The notes: generated by a model from the letters alone, not told the origin. A stretch of DNA of 63,355 nt, filler included, from Octopus bimaculoides (GCF_001194135.2; 10 parts of 8 records of this genome joined end to end with filler, not necessarily neighbours in it), one strand, 5' to 3'. Shown: positions 9,721 to 23,697, counted from the first letter of the whole stretch. Numbers and translations: made by a program.

Positions 9721-10493
9721 GGCTTCGCTACTGATCCTTATCTTCTCTGCCATCACATGGAAGTGGGTAACAACAATGAAGAAATATACTTTTACATGAT
9801 TGCTGAAATAGCTTGTTGTATGAAGGAACTGTAATGCAGGGAAATAAGAAACAATTCGCCTACCTTCTCATTGTTTTGTCACCCAGCTGTACTCAATCAA
9901 AACTCATGCCAAGCCTGCGCACCTAACAATAGCAGCTACCAGTACCTGTCCCTATCAGCTTGCTTGCCTCACGTCCATTGGTCATGAGCATCCAAGGCAA
10001 AAGAGGATGACCCTGATCTTCCTTCCCTCACTTCCTCTTTCACCCTTCCTGCTCAGGTCAAGCCTCTTGACCATTGACGCTTTCTGTGTTCTGTAAACTC
10101 AAATTCTCAGTTTCGAGCACATCCTTTCTGTCTGTCGTGGCTTGTGCTTGAAGCCAAGAATTTGAGTTTACAGAACATGGGAACAACATTTATACATCAA
10201 CTAAGGAAACACAACTAGATCTCATAATGCAGGAAAACAGTTACATAACCAAATACCTACAAACCTGGAGAACTACGTTGCCTGGAAACAATTGTAGTGA
10301 TTACAAATATATGTTCCTCTGTACTCCTTGTTGACTCCATCTCATTCCATTATCCATTCACACACTACAGAAGCTCCAACGCAAATCTGGCAGTACGTAA
10401 AATACTACTGCTGGATAGCACTGGGTAAAATCTGAAGATGGATGCGCTTTATAGTGTACTCTACTACATTCTTAACAGAATATAACCTAACTT

Positions 10494-10524
<31 letters not shown>

Positions 10525-10959
10525 AATAAATTTAAATAATAAGGGTAAAAATTGATATTAATTAAATTAATATCAATTTAAACCAGTGGCCTAGCATATT
10601 GAAAAAGATCTAAAGATTCAGAAAATTATATTACATACATATAAGAGGAATGACCACTAGGTGGATTCCTAATATGCTAAAGGTAGACCCCATATGGTCT
10701 GACTACTAAGAAAAATTGTTCTCAAGAAATTTTGGCAAACACCAGAACATAAAGCGAGCAAGACAAATGAAAATATACAAAATATAGTGATATATATATA
10801 GTGAGAACAATTTTTCTTAGTGGTCAGACCATATAGTGTCTATCGTTAGCATATTAGGAATCCACCTAGTGGTTATTCCTCTTATATGCATATATATATA
10901 TATCCAAATTCTAAAGTTGGGTTGTTCGTTAGTGGCAAAAATATCAATGCGCTTGCTTA

Positions 10960-12330
10960 ATCCTATTTTTCTGTATTCTCGCATCTTAATCTGGGATCTA
11001 TGTACCATCATCCTCTGGTGAAGACTGTTTTAGCTTGACCAATATATTGTCCTTAACACCCTTAGCAGGTTAATACATATATTAGGTTTTTCAAAGCACA
11101 TGTGAAGTTGTTTTTTACTGTAAAACGTTGACCCTTTATGAGAGAGAATTCTGATCCTTCAATTAGGTTGACACATATACCACAGTTAGGTCTTCTGCAT
11201 TTTTTTACTGTTGGTTTCGATGTTGTTGAGGAGTGTACTTGGGCCTGTGTTAGAGGACTTTTCAATGACTTGGGTTGCCTTTTGCTCTTCATGATGGTGT
11301 GCGTTTGGAGGATTTGATCCATTCTATGGTCCATTTTTAGTAAAGGGATGTTCTGGAGGATGGTGTCGAAGGCCTCTTTGTTTAGGGGGTTGTGTGTGGA
11401 TATGTATGGTAGGGCCTTTGGTTGTAAATCCTTCTTTAGTCTGAAGTGTCTGAGTTCATGGATGTTGAGTTGTAGGGTAAGCCTATATCAATTAGTGGTG
11501 GTGGGTAGTTCCTGCTCATGAGTGTATTCTTTAGCTCATGTAGTCGTATCCCTGGTGCTTGTTTCAGATACTATAGTACAAATCCTTTTTGCCAGCTTGT
11601 AAGGGATATTCATTCTAGTGTGTATGGGGTGGTAAGAGTTGAATGGCAGATATTACTTGGAGTCCGTGGGCTTATAGTAGATGTCTGTTTCTATTTTGTT
11701 GTTGGATTTCTTAAAGAGGATGTCAAGAAATGGAAGTTGTTGGTGGCTATATTCCATTGTAAATTGAATGTTTATGTCAAGTCTATTGAGAGGTGCTTAA
11801 AATTCGTTAACTCTCTCTATACTTTCGTGCCAAAGAATGAAACAGTCATCTAGATATCTTATCCAGTTATTTTCTATGTATGGGTTTTCGTATTTTTCTA
11901 GTACCTTACGATAAAGATTGATTTCTAGGTACCCCATGACTAGGTTAGTAAAGGAGTGGGGGGGGGGGCATTCTCGTACCCATCGCAGTCTCCGATTTCT
12001 GTTGCTAGAAGTTGTCATTAAATATGAAGAAGTTATTCTCTAAGATGAATTTTAGCCCTTCTATTATGAATTCTTTGTTGATGTGGTGTGGGAGTTCATT
12101 GGAGTAATTCTCTAACCAGAATTGGATTGCCCCTATTCCTAGGCTGTGAGGGATATTGGAAAAGAGGTTGACTTCATCAAAAGATACTAGTAGGGTGTTT
12201 TTATTTATTGTTTCAGGAAGGTGATTGAGCATATCCAGGTCGTCCCTTATATAGCTTTTGACATTCTTGAGGAATGGTTTTAAGAGGGTGCCTAAAAAAT
12301 TACTGAGGTGGTGAGAACAATATAGTGGTC
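10960..12330 (-). mobile_element. Penelope-like element (RT plus Cys-linker/GIY-YIG, Neptune-like), decayed
   Basis: LVSFDEVNLFSNIP, ILENNFFIFND, TAMGTRM, WIRYLDDCFILW, YYKPTDSK, KCRRPNCGIC, FTCALKNLIYVLTC.GC.GQYIG. Confidence 0.85.
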
Positions 12331-12914
12331 AAACTAGAAACAGTCTATGCCAGAGGATGACGGTACATAGATCCCAGGTTAACCACTACAGCTACAACCA
12401 TTAAAGAAGAGTCCATAAACAATTTACTGTGTCACAGCCCTCCTATATTTTTCTTTCTTCTTCTCCCTCTTCTTTCCCTACTCCTACTTTTCTTCCTCCT
12501 TCAACTCCTCCTCCTCCTCCTCTTCTTCTTCTTCTTCTTCAACAACTTTTCCTCCTCCCTCAGCAGCTCCTGCTTAAACCATCAATTCGCTGTACCCAAA
12601 CTATTCTTTCAGGTTTACTACTATCCACCTACGAGGCATTCACAAAGAAATAGAGAGAGAGAGAGACAGACTATCTGAAGATGATGGAAATATTTACCTA
12701 TTTAAAGACTATGGAAATATCTTCGAAACATTTTGCTTAAATTTTTTCTCCAATTTAATTATTTTTCTTATTTTACTCTTAGCTGAAACTGGAACTAAAA
12801 TGTACTTCATGATAAAATTACTTTAACATTTTCTATCTTGTCTTATTTTCTTTATACATATTGGCTCGTATGTTACTTTTCTACCTTCTATATATATATA
12901 TATATATATATATA

Positions 12915-13194
12915 CGATGTATATCTAGATAGATACGACCTTAGAGATTTCTGCCCTAGTAGACGTCTAAGAGGTAGACCACCCACAATTACCTCTATGG
13001 CTAGGAAGACCCCTATAGAGAGATGGAGTGGATGGACCAGAGCTATTCGGACTCCCACCAATATCCACCAGGTAAAGAAAATGATCGCACATGCACTAGG
13101 AGCTAGTATAAAGGTCACCCTAAAAGGCCACACCTTTAAATTTAACAACAAATTATACGCCCAGGACGAGGGGGCAGCCATCGGGGTTAGTATC
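12915..13194 (+). mobile_element. Second Naiad-like PLE RT fragment
   Basis: RGRPPTITS..ERWSGW..IAHALG..TLKGHTFKFNNKLYAQDEGAAIGVSI, homologous to 880-1110; cut by the spacer. Confidence 0.75.
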
Positions 13195-13311
13195 NNNNNN
13201 NNNNNNNNNNNNNNNNNNNNNNNNNNNNNNNNNNNNNNTTAATTAATTAANNNNNNNNNNNNNNNNNNNNNNNNNNNNNNNNNNNNNNNNNNNNTATATA
13301 TATATATATAT

Positions 13312-13703
13312 GCACAGGAGTGGCTGTATGGTAAGTGGCTTGCTTACCAACCACATGGTTCTGGGTTCAGTCCCACTGCGTGGCACCTTGGGCAAGTGTC
13401 TTCTACTATAGCCTTGGGCCAACTAAAGCCTTGTGAGGATTTGGTAGACGGAAAATGAAAGAAGCCCATCGTATATATGTACATATATATATGTATGTGT
13501 GTCTGTGTTTGTCCCCCCAACTTCGCTTGACAACCGAGTCTGGTGTGTTTACGTCCCCGTAACTTAGCAGTTCGGCAAAAAGAGACCGATAGAATGAGTA
13601 CTAGGCTTACAAAGAATAAGTCCTGGGGTCGATTTGCTCAACTAAAAGGCAGTGCCCCAGCATGGCCGCAATCAAATGACTGAAACAAGTTAAAGAGTAA
13701 AGA

Positions 13704-13705
<2 letters not shown>
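13312..13705 (+). mobile_element. tRNA-derived SINE, family A
   Basis: gtggctgt.tggtaag..gcttgc...ggttcagtcccactgcgtggcaccttgggcaagtgtcttctactatagcc with A/B-box-like head. Other copies or fragments near 17040-17290(-), 18895-19040, 19215-19630, 19680-19960(-), 25095-25680, 25690-25866(-), 28280-28580(-), 35560-35850(-), 47905-48010(-), 52180-52400. Confidence 0.85.
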
Positions 13706-13776
<71 letters not shown>

Positions 13777-14199
13777 CACATACGGGATTTACTGAAACAT
13801 GAACACTAAAATCTTAATGAGTAAGAACAAGTTAGAAAGTATTTGCTTCAATTAAATGTGTGCTCAAAGCACAGCTGAACAGGACCCTGTGTGCCAATAG
13901 CACTGTCCTACCTGCACTCACACACTTGTGAGACTACTTCGAAGAAGGAAGAACAAAGACTGGATATAATATAAAGAGTCGTGGAAAGATCCATGCTAGG
14001 AATACTTTGTTGGTACACATCTGAAACAAGATTATTTGAGTGGAATGAAGTGAAAGAGATGATCATGAAATAATGAAAGCACAAGGTCTGCTGAGGAGGA
14101 CATGTTGCAAGGTTCATAAAGAGGTGGACTCATGGGGTTGTTATATGGCCTTGTGCTACATTTTCAGACCACATGTATTTTATTTACATGTGGTTTATT

Positions 14200-14600
14200 T
14201 TGAGGTCCACCATTGAACTCTGTAACTCTTGTTGTTATGTTTTGCAGCTGATCTGCGGTTCCTGCAATGAGCAAGACATCATCTGCAAATTGGAGATGCA
14301 CATGTAGTTCACCATTGATATTAATGCCACCTTCCCTATCAATGTCTCTAATGACTATTTCAAGACTTACAGTTAAGACCTTTGGAAAGATGACATCTCC
14401 TTGTTTGATGCCCTTCCAGACCAGAACTCTTACAGGTAAGGACAGTAAAGTTATATCATGGACACATGTTGATTTTGCCCCACTGAGAACTTTAATGTAT
14501 TGTACCTCAACTCATTGCACTTCCTGAGACTTCAGTACAGCTTTCACCTCATAACTATCAAAAGTCTTATCATAATCTACAAAGGGTTCCTTTCTGAGTG
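14200..14600 (-). mobile_element. RTE-1-type RT fragment in the CUL1 intron
   Basis: FVDYDKTFDS, KGIKQGDVIFPKVLT, GININGE, HLQFADDVLLIA. Confidence 0.75.
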
Positions 14601-14654
14601 CAAAAGAAAATACAAAGTACAATGAAAAATAGATTAAATCCCTTTTCAACTTAC

Positions 14655-14822
14655 TGAGTAAATTTCATAGATGCCTTTTGTTCCCTCATCACACTCCCGT
14701 CGTACCCAATGTCTATTTAGATATGCACACACACCATTGAGAACTTTACTAGAAAATTGATAATCTTCCCACTGTTTGGTATAAAATCGTAAAACATTTT
14801 CTTCAAGAAGAGATGTACTATC
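14655..14822 (-). CDS. CUL1: Cullin-1 internal exon (168 nt, phase 0-0)
   Basis: [56 protein letters not shown], flanked by ttcccag and gtaagt; matches recalled CUL1 [44 protein letters not shown]. Confidence 0.95.
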
Positions 14823-14942
14823 CTGGGAAAGAGAAAAAGATTTGCATTATTAACATAATTTGTTTTGATTTTTAAACAAACTTAGTTACAGATATAACAG
14901 GCAAATATTTTCTTTATCTTAACCATTTATTGAATAAATACT

Positions 14943-15552
14943 TTAATCCTTTTAATACCAACCCATTTGAGACCACACCTGGTTCTAAGATAGAAACGTC
15001 CTGCTTTAAAGTGATCTAAATGAAAACCTGTCAAAATTTCATCATCATCATCGTTTAACGTCCACTTTCCATGCTAGCATGGGTTGGACGATTTGACTGA
15101 GGACTGGTGAAACCGGATGGCTACACCAGGCTCCAATCTGATTTGGCGCAGTTTCTACAGCTGGATGCCCTTCCTAACGCCAACCACTCTGAGAGTGTAG
15201 TGGGTGCTTTTACGTGCCACCCGCACGAAGGCCAGTCAGACGGTACTGGCAACGGCCACGCTCAAATGGTGTATTTTATGTGCCACCCGCACAAGAGCCA
15301 GTCCAGGGGCACTGGCAACGATCTCGCTTGAAAGTCCTTACACATGCCACGGGCACAAGTGCCAGAAAGGCGACACTGGGCACAGGTGCCATCCCAATTT
15401 CGCTTTCACTTGCCCCAATAAGTCTTCGCATGTTAATTCCAAACACCAACATAATACTGATAAAATTATTTTATTAAATCCTTTGTAATTTTCAAAATTA
15501 ATCAAAACAAGGCTAGTGTGTTTCAACAGAAATATGGTAACAAAAGGTTTAA
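14943..15552. mobile_element. TTAA-flanked piggyBac-like MITE interrupted by a family B SINE (~15040-15430)
   Basis: Ends ttaa-tccttttaatacca and tggtaacaaaaggt-ttaa; uninterrupted relative at 18655-18870. Confidence 0.65.
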
Positions 15553-15614
15553 ATATTTAGAGAAAAATTTACTTTAAATGAATTTGCAAGAAAGACAAAG
15601 AGAGAAATGATTAC

Positions 15615-15792
15615 CTTCAGTAATTTTACCAAGTAACTTTTTAAGTACTCTTTCAGTCTTTTATAAAGTTCAAGGCCAACAAACTGGGCACCACAAGTGG
15701 GCTGTTTGCCCTTTTTACCAGTAGGTACCCGAGGTTGTTGACCTTGGGCTGTATTTGTTGGTTGTACACTAGTGCAATAGTTGTAAACATAG
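15615..15792 (-). CDS. CUL1: Cullin-1 exon (178 nt, starts in phase 2, ends in phase 0)
   Basis: [11 protein letters not shown]...[26 protein letters not shown] between ttgttcag and gtaatc; joins the 14822 exon in frame. Confidence 0.95.
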
Positions 15793-16299
15793 CTGAACAA
15801 AAATTTAAGGAAATAAATATATTTCATTGAAGTTTAATGTTATCAAAACAAATTTGATTAAAAAAGAGTCATGTAAATTCAAAGTACAAACATCATCCTC
15901 ATCATTTTCAAGTTCAATATTCCATGCTTGCATGGCCAGACAGAATTTTTGAGGCAAATTTTCTATAGCTAGGTACCTTTCATGATGGTGATACTCCTTT
16001 ACAATCATCACATACATATATACAAATACACACACACACACGTGTTCATTCTGTTGTCTGTAAAAAAAAAAAGTCCGTTTTTGTGCTTTATGTTCCCGTT
16101 CCTTTTCTGACGTCCTGTACCCAGATATGCATCTATATATACATGTAGATGTAGGTATGTACATATATGTATGTATACATGCATATGTTCATATATCATT
16201 TGTAGTGTGTGTGTGTCTCTCTCCAGAACAGAGCAGGTTTTTTGCTGTAGAGGAGCCAGCCAGCTCCTCGCATGATAGAAGAGATGGTGAGAATCACTA

Positions 16300-16960
16300 A
16301 AGTGGAGCTGGATGGAAAGAAAAATAGTAGTGACAAGGTGTTAAAGTGGCCCCTCAAGACACCTGGTAAGGAGAAATGAGAGGGAGAGCGGAACAGGAGC
16401 AGTAGGTGGATAGAGATTGCAAGAATGTCTGGGAGTGTGAAAGAGGATTAGAGATAGGGAATGAGTAAGGAAGTGAATATAAGAACAAGTGCTGAAGGTT
16501 GATATGTAGGGAAGGCAGGAAAGAGAGAAGCTTAGGTGGCAACCATAGAAACTGGGCAGGGTTGGGGGTTTTGCTACTAATACAAGAGTTAGGGGAGACA
16601 GGAGGGAAATGATAGACTGCACAGAAAAGAAGTTAGAATGGAGATGAAAAGAAACCGAATAGGAATAGTAAAGTAGACAGGGAAAGGAAGAAATGACATG
16701 TAGTCAGGCAAGTTGTAAGAATATGGAGCAAACATAGTGAAATGGGAATGGGAGAGAAGTATGGTGGAGGAGGAGAGAAAAACAGAGGGTTCGAGAAGAT
16801 GATCAATGTAAAATGTGGATGGAGAGGACAGATAACAAATGAAATGGTTCCAGGAAGTAAGAAGTGGTATTAGAAAAAAGATGGTGAAGTATGCAGCTCT
16901 GTTCATAATTACAGCAGCAGAATAGTGCATTGTGGAAATAAAGTTTGGTGGGAACATCTT
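16300..16960 (-). mobile_element. Highly decayed PLE RT-like fragment
   Basis: Only weak remnants (FYIDH in place of RYIDD; S..H..SC..S.P.S region); strongly purine-biased plus strand. Confidence 0.35.
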
Positions 16961-17919
16961 GACAAGAAAATTGGGCAGGATGTGGCAGAGGTGAGGAGTT
17001 GTGTGTGTGTGTGTGTGTGTGTATCTTGTGTCTTCTTTTTTGTATCATTGCAGCCATGCTGGAGCACCATTTTGAAGAAATTTTAGTTGAACAAACTAAC
17101 CCTAATACTTCATTATTTTTTTTATAGCCTGCTACTTATTCCAATGGTCTCTTTTGACGTAAACACACCAACAACTGGTAGTCAATTGGTGGTGGGGAGC
17201 AAACACTGACAGAAGGACACAAACACACACATGTATGACTGAACCCATGGTTGGGAAGTAAGCTTCTTACCACACAGCCACATCTGTGCCTGTGTGTGTG
17301 AACACACACACACTGTGCTTTCAGAATCAGTTTTGCTGGGCTGGGTGGGTCTTCTCAAGAACCACATATCACCAGTCATCTCAATTGTTCATCATCTCCT
17401 TTGCACTTAAAACAATGGAATCAGTCAATGGCATAGACATGTGGTAGATCGAGATTCAGATGACAACCTCTTGTGGAAATAATAACTTCAGTATAAACTT
17501 AATATACAATACAAAATTGTTTTGTCACTACATCCCTCTTCAACATGCAGATAATTATCTAACCGTTTGAAGTAAACAATGAATCAAGTTTCTATTGTTT
17601 CCTTGTTTCCCAACTGTTGAACAGCTGAAAAAAACAGAGTCATAACCGACCTTAAAATCATCAAAAGAAGGTGGGGGACTCAAAAGTCTTACTAATCTGT
17701 GAAATAATTATTGAAATTTATGGTTTTTACATTGTCAATGAAATTATGAAATTAACCAGTTGTTAAAGCCTTAAATTGATTATCACTGCAGGCATTGCTA
17801 TATTGCTGCGCGATTAAGAAGTTCAGTCCTACTGCATGACATCTTGGATAAGTGCCACCTGTTATAGTCCTGGGCTGAATGTGAGTGGGTTGGCAGGCAG
17901 AAACTAAAAGCAGCAGCAG

Positions 17920-17970
<51 letters not shown>

Positions 17971-17985
17971 AAGAAAGAGAGAGAG

Positions 17986-18027
<42 letters not shown>

Positions 18028-18654
18028 TGTATGTTTATGAATGTGTGCATCTGTTTTTGGCATCAGAGGGTAGTTATAAACAAGCGTTACTGTCATCCAT
18101 ACCAAAACGCTTGTTTCCAGTCTTCCCCGCAAACATGTCCAGTCATGAGGAAATATTACCTCGCTTGGAAGCAGGTGAGGGTTAGTGACAGGGAGGGCAT
18201 CCAGCCAAAACAAATCTGCCTTAATGAATTCTATCTGACCTATGCAAGCATGAGAAAGTGGATGTTATGATAATGATGACATCCAATGTGTAATCATCAT
18301 CATTTAACGTCCGCTTTCCATGCTAGCATGGGTTGGACGATTTGACTGAGGACCGGTGAACCGGATGGCTGCACCAGGCTCCAATCTGATCTGGCAATTG
18401 GTTCCAAATTTTGGCACAAGGCCAACAATTTTTCAGGAAAGGGGTAAGTCATTGACTCCAGTGTTCAACTGGTGCTAATTTTATCGACCCCAAAATGATG
18501 AAAGTCAAAGTTGACCTCAGTGGAATCTGAACTCAGAATGTAGAGACAGGCAAAAAGCCACTAAGCACTTTGCCCACAGTGCTAACTACTCTACTAGCTC
18601 ACCGCCTTTCTCAATATGTAATATTAATTACAGCAAGTTCTAAGAAACAATATT

Positions 18655-18870
18655 TAACCCTTTTGATGCCAAACTGCCTGAGACCAACTCTGTATCTAAG
18701 ATAGAAGTTTTTCATTTTGAAGTGATCTAAATTTTACGTAAATTTAAGTTCCAGACACCAGCTTAATAAAGACAAAGTTATTTCACTAAATTTTTCATTA
18801 TTTTCAAAATTTAGTGAAACAAGTCTAGCATATATCAACAGAAATATGATAACAAAAGAGCTAAACATTA
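18655..18870. mobile_element. TTAA-type MITE, same family as 14943-15552
   Basis: ttaacccttttgatgcca ... tgataacaaaagagctaa. Confidence 0.6.
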
Positions 18871-19371
18871 TTCAACTGGACACAAGTAAAGGCACATGAT
18901 TAACAAATTTGCTTTACAATCATGGAGTCATGGGTTCAATTCCACTGCAAGGTAGTTGGGCATTTTATTTCATAGCTAAAGGTCAACCCAAGTATTTTGA
19001 ATGAAATTGTGTTGTTGAAAACTGTATAAAAGCTTGTCAGAAGATCTAGCTTTGTCATATAATTGTGTTACACTAATTCTGTCTGACAATTACATAAAGG
19101 GTACATGTGTCTATGGAATATTTAGCCACTTACAAGTTAACCTGACAAAGAAATAGTTCAATTCGTCAAAAAACTGAATTAGTGCAGCCAAAATCAACAG
19201 AGGTTTCATCATAAATATAGTGGCTGTGTGGTAAGTAGCTTGCTTACCAACCACATGGTTTCAGGTTCAGTCCCACAGCATGGCATTTTGGGCAAGTGTC
19301 TTCTACTATAGCCTTGGGCCAACCAAAGCCTTGTGAGTGGATTTGGTAGACGGAAACTGAAAGAAGCTTGT

Positions 19372-19432
<61 letters not shown>

Positions 19433-20209
19433 GTTTGTGTCTGTGTTTGTCCCCTCACCATCACTTGACAACCAATGTTGGTGTGTTTATATCCCCATAA
19501 CCTAGCAGTTTGACAAAAGAGACTGATAGAATAAGTACTAGGCTTACAAAGTCCTGGGGTCAATTTGTTCAACTAAAGGCGGTGCTCCAGCATGGTCACA
19601 GTCAAATGACTGGAACAAATAAAAGAATTGAATGAAAACAAATGTTGGTTTCTATCTGATTAGGATTTTTTCATTTTTTTAAATATTTCAGTCACTGGAC
19701 TGTTGCCATGCTGGGGCACCACTTTATCTTTTGTCAAACCACTAAGTTATGTGGAAGTAAACAAACCAACGCCGGTTGTCAAGCAATGGGGAGAGACCAA
19801 CACAAAGAGGCACACACACACACATGATGGGAATCCTCACACAAGACATTGGTTGGCCCAGGACTAAAATAGAAGAGATTTGCCTGAAATGCTGTGCAGT
19901 AGGACTGAACCCGAAGCCAGGCAATGACAAATGAAGCTTCTTAACCACACCCACTTATACCTGTAGCTTAATAAATTAATATGATGCACAACAAAATTTT
20001 TATTTTTTCCTGTTTTTGGTCAGTAAGTGTTATTTCATATTTGCTTCTATCTAGAAACTTTGCTTTTGTGACCAGGACATCAATGTTTTCAAACTGATCT
20101 ATTTTCCATTACATTTTAGACAGATTCAGTACTGAGCTGCTGGAACAGAAAAATTGTTATGGTAAAAATTCTGCTAAATACCACAGATTTACTTGTCAGT
20201 TGCTTTACC

Positions 20210-20495
20210 TTAACCCATTACCTACCAGTGATCTCATATGAGATCACTTAAAAATTACAAATTTCGTAATTATCTGTCAACATTTACACATATCTAACCT
20301 TTTTGCTATATCTACTAAGTATATTTCTCTGATATTCAAATGAGGTTTGCTAATTTTTCGCCCAATATCTCACTTATTTCTATTTAAAATGTTATTTTGA
20401 TCATTCCAGTGTGTTTCTAAGGCTGTTTTATGCTAGAAAACAAAGTTTCATAAAAAAAATTCCTGTTAATAGAATTATGGGAGGTAATGGGTTAA
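20210..20495. mobile_element. piggyBac-like MITE with TTAA target duplication
   Basis: ttaa-cccattacctacca ... atgggaggtaatggg-ttaa; inserted into a repeat whose uninterrupted copy lies at 24085-24560. Confidence 0.85.
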
Positions 20496-20659
20496 CCACA
20501 TGAGCATACCCCTTAGTGGCTGACAACATATGCATCTCTAATCAAGAGTAGGAGTGAGTAGTGGGAGAGCATCATAGCTATGAGTTGAGAGGGATTCTTT
20601 GGGGTTCAAATACATGTAACAAAAGCAAAGTTTGAAGGAAACATTAGACATTTTTCATT

Positions 20660-20950
20660 ACTTTCTTGAGGTAATAGCAGTTGCTACTCAAGGACAAAAA
20701 CCATGTTACACAGTGTTATTTCTTTACTACCCACAAGGGGCTACACACAGAGGGGACAAACAAGGACAGACAAACGGATTAAGTCAATTATATCGACCCC
20801 AGTGCGTAACTGGTACTTATTTAATCGACCCCGAAAGGATGAAAGGCAAAGTCAACCTCGGCAGAATTTGAACTCAGAACGTAGCAGCAGACGAAATACC
20901 GCTAAGCATTTCGCCCGGCGTGCTAACGTTTCTGCCAGCTCGCCGCTTTC
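20660..20950 (-). mobile_element. tRNA-derived SINE, family C
   Basis: Minus strand ggcggcgagctggcagaa (A box) ... gagttcaaattc (B box); relatives at 18397-18610 and 23385-23610. Confidence 0.8.
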
Positions 20951-22154
20951 TCNNNNNNNNNNNNNNNNNNNNNNNNNNNNNNNNNNNNNNNNNNNNTTAA
21001 TTAATTAANNNNNNNNNNNNNNNNNNNNNNNNNNNNNNNNNNNNNNNNNNNNACATAAATGTGAAACAAAGTGGAAAAAAAAGAGTACCAGAGGTAGAGT
21101 AACATGCTTTTTTTTAAAGTAGCAGAAATATAACAAAAAGCTGTTACTCAGAGTTTCACGTTCCCGTTCATGGGAGAGTTTTGTTAGAAGTGGCAGAGGA
21201 ATGACGATGCAATCAAAACTAATATAAAATAAAAACAAAAACAAAAAAACATGGATATGTTTCATTGGTCGTTTCAAATAACGGTCTTAGGTATGCAATG
21301 AACAAAATAAACAAAACGAATGAATTCAATATAGATTCATCCTATTTTTTTTTTAAATCAAAGAAAACCTTAAATTGAAAAGTGAATATCGCTCAATTAA
21401 CACATTAAAATTAAAATTAAATTTACAACAATATGTACGCATACGAGACTATCTACAACATACATATATACATCAAAATACGCAGATGTATGCGTACAGA
21501 CAATATACGTATATGGGCATATATTTTTAAGACATAAATACATGGACGAATACGCAAGTATACAAACACACATATGCACGCAATCATGCGATGCATATCA
21601 TGCTATTATATACGCTAGAGTAGGTAAGGCATGTCATTGATGAGATCGCGGACAGTGACGGAAGGCCTTTGACAAGCCAATAACTGAATGATTGATTGAT
21701 TGATTGATTGATTGACCGTACCATTAATCGAACAATCGATTACCTAATTCTGCAAATAGTTAAGAATTTGACAGAAAACAACAACAAAAACAATAAAATA
21801 AAGTAGTGGAATATAACCAGTGCATGTGTTTATTATTTACATAACGACCTACCCAAGATACAACAAAATATGCTTCAATACACGAGTTCACTCTAAGAAT
21901 CTTACAAACAGATACAAAACCGATCGATATAAGGAGGTGAGGGCGGGGTGGGTACAGCGTTTGGCAGACAGACAGCTCTGATCTCTGTTTAAACGATGTC
22001 AGGTAATATCGAGTTATGTTGGTCGTTTATTTTAGTTAACAATTACAGGGACAGGCTAAATCAGTAATTATTACAATTTCACTCTCGTATATCATAAATT
22101 GTCACATGAAACCGCGTTAAGTAGATGAGCAGATACATAAGCACACATCCGCTC

Positions 22155-22247
<93 letters not shown>

Positions 22248-22437
22248 ACGCAGAGATATAGACACAGGCAAACAAACATAGGCGTATACACACACGTATA
22301 CATACACGTTTACACACACTCGCAAGAATACGTGAAGGCACATGAATGCATATGTCTACATGATTGCAGTTGGTCTGTCTGCCAATCAATTTAAGTCTCT
22401 CTCTTCCCTCTCTATCTGTGTGTATAAGCTTATGCGA

Positions 22438-22477
<40 letters not shown>

Positions 22478-22750
22478 ATGAGTATACTTAAGTGTGTATA
22501 AGTGAGAGTGTGTGTATATATATATATGTGTATATGTATGCATACATACATATATACATACGTATACATAGATATACGTATTATATGTATATGTATAAAT
22601 GTACATATATACCCATATGTACATATATATGCATATCTGTACATACGTATATGCATACACACACGCACACACGTATATATATGCGTACGTATTTACACAT
22701 AGTGTAAAGATGTGTGTGTATCTATATATATAATTATATATACTTCGTAA

Positions 22751-22787
<37 letters not shown>

Positions 22788-22806
22788 GGGTATATATATA
22801 ATATAT

Positions 22807-22877
<71 letters not shown>

Positions 22878-23617
22878 TTTACTGTACATAAAGCATATAT
22901 TAAATTTACAATCTCTTGACGATAGCGGAGGTGTATGAGATGGTAAGTAAGAAAAATAATAAAGAAAGAAAGAAACAGGACAAAAAATAGATAACGCTAG
23001 AAACAAACAAAATGGAGTTTGTCTGATGACAATTCGTTAGTTTCCTGTCGTCCATTTATTACAATTACAGAAGCAGACGACAGCGATATTTCAACAAGCA
23101 ACAGCAAAGCCACAACACAACGGAAACAAACCATAATTATACAGTAAAATAGCAGAAACTTAAGCAGCGATAATCTCACTGACTGGTTTTATCTAACAAT
23201 TGGTCGTCTAAAATTTCTCACTGGATGCGTCGTATATCTAGATTTTATTAGCTGTTCGCGTTGTGGTTGTAGGCCTCGGTTGAATGTTGCCGTTGTTGTT
23301 GTTGTTGTTGTTGTTTAATCTTTCGGGTCAGCTTTTGATCGAACTTAATTCAGCCGTGTCCAGCTGATATATCTGTAGATAATAAATATTGGTTTCAAAT
23401 TTTGGAGCAAGGCCGGCAATTTGGGTGGGGGAAGAGAGAGAGGTAAGTTGATCACATCGACGAGTCCCCACCCTCACCCCACTGGTCCCTAAGGGATGAA
23501 AAACAGAGTCAACCTCAGCGGAATTTGAACTCAGAACGTAAAAAGATGGACGAAATGTCGCTAAGTATTTCGCCCGGCTTACTAACGATTCTGCCAGCTC
23601 GCCGCTTTAAGACTACA

Positions 23618-23697
<80 letters not shown>

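Noticed and set aside
12676-12730. ctgaaga ... cttcgaaac as a hammerhead
   Set aside because: No stem II closing pair directly after the core.
20850-20950. tRNA gene
   Set aside because: The A/B boxes belong to a SINE head; there is no complete cloverleaf.
21140-21190. Hammerhead-like acg-ggaa-cgt-GAAAC on the minus strand
   Set aside because: The CUGANGA half is destroyed (cccatga); at most a decayed remnant.
22079-22938. Long HT/VC/YI-rich ORFs (also at 48218-48886, 50424-50825, 52294-56389)
   Set aside because: They are translations of dinucleotide and tetranucleotide microsatellites or run through Ns.
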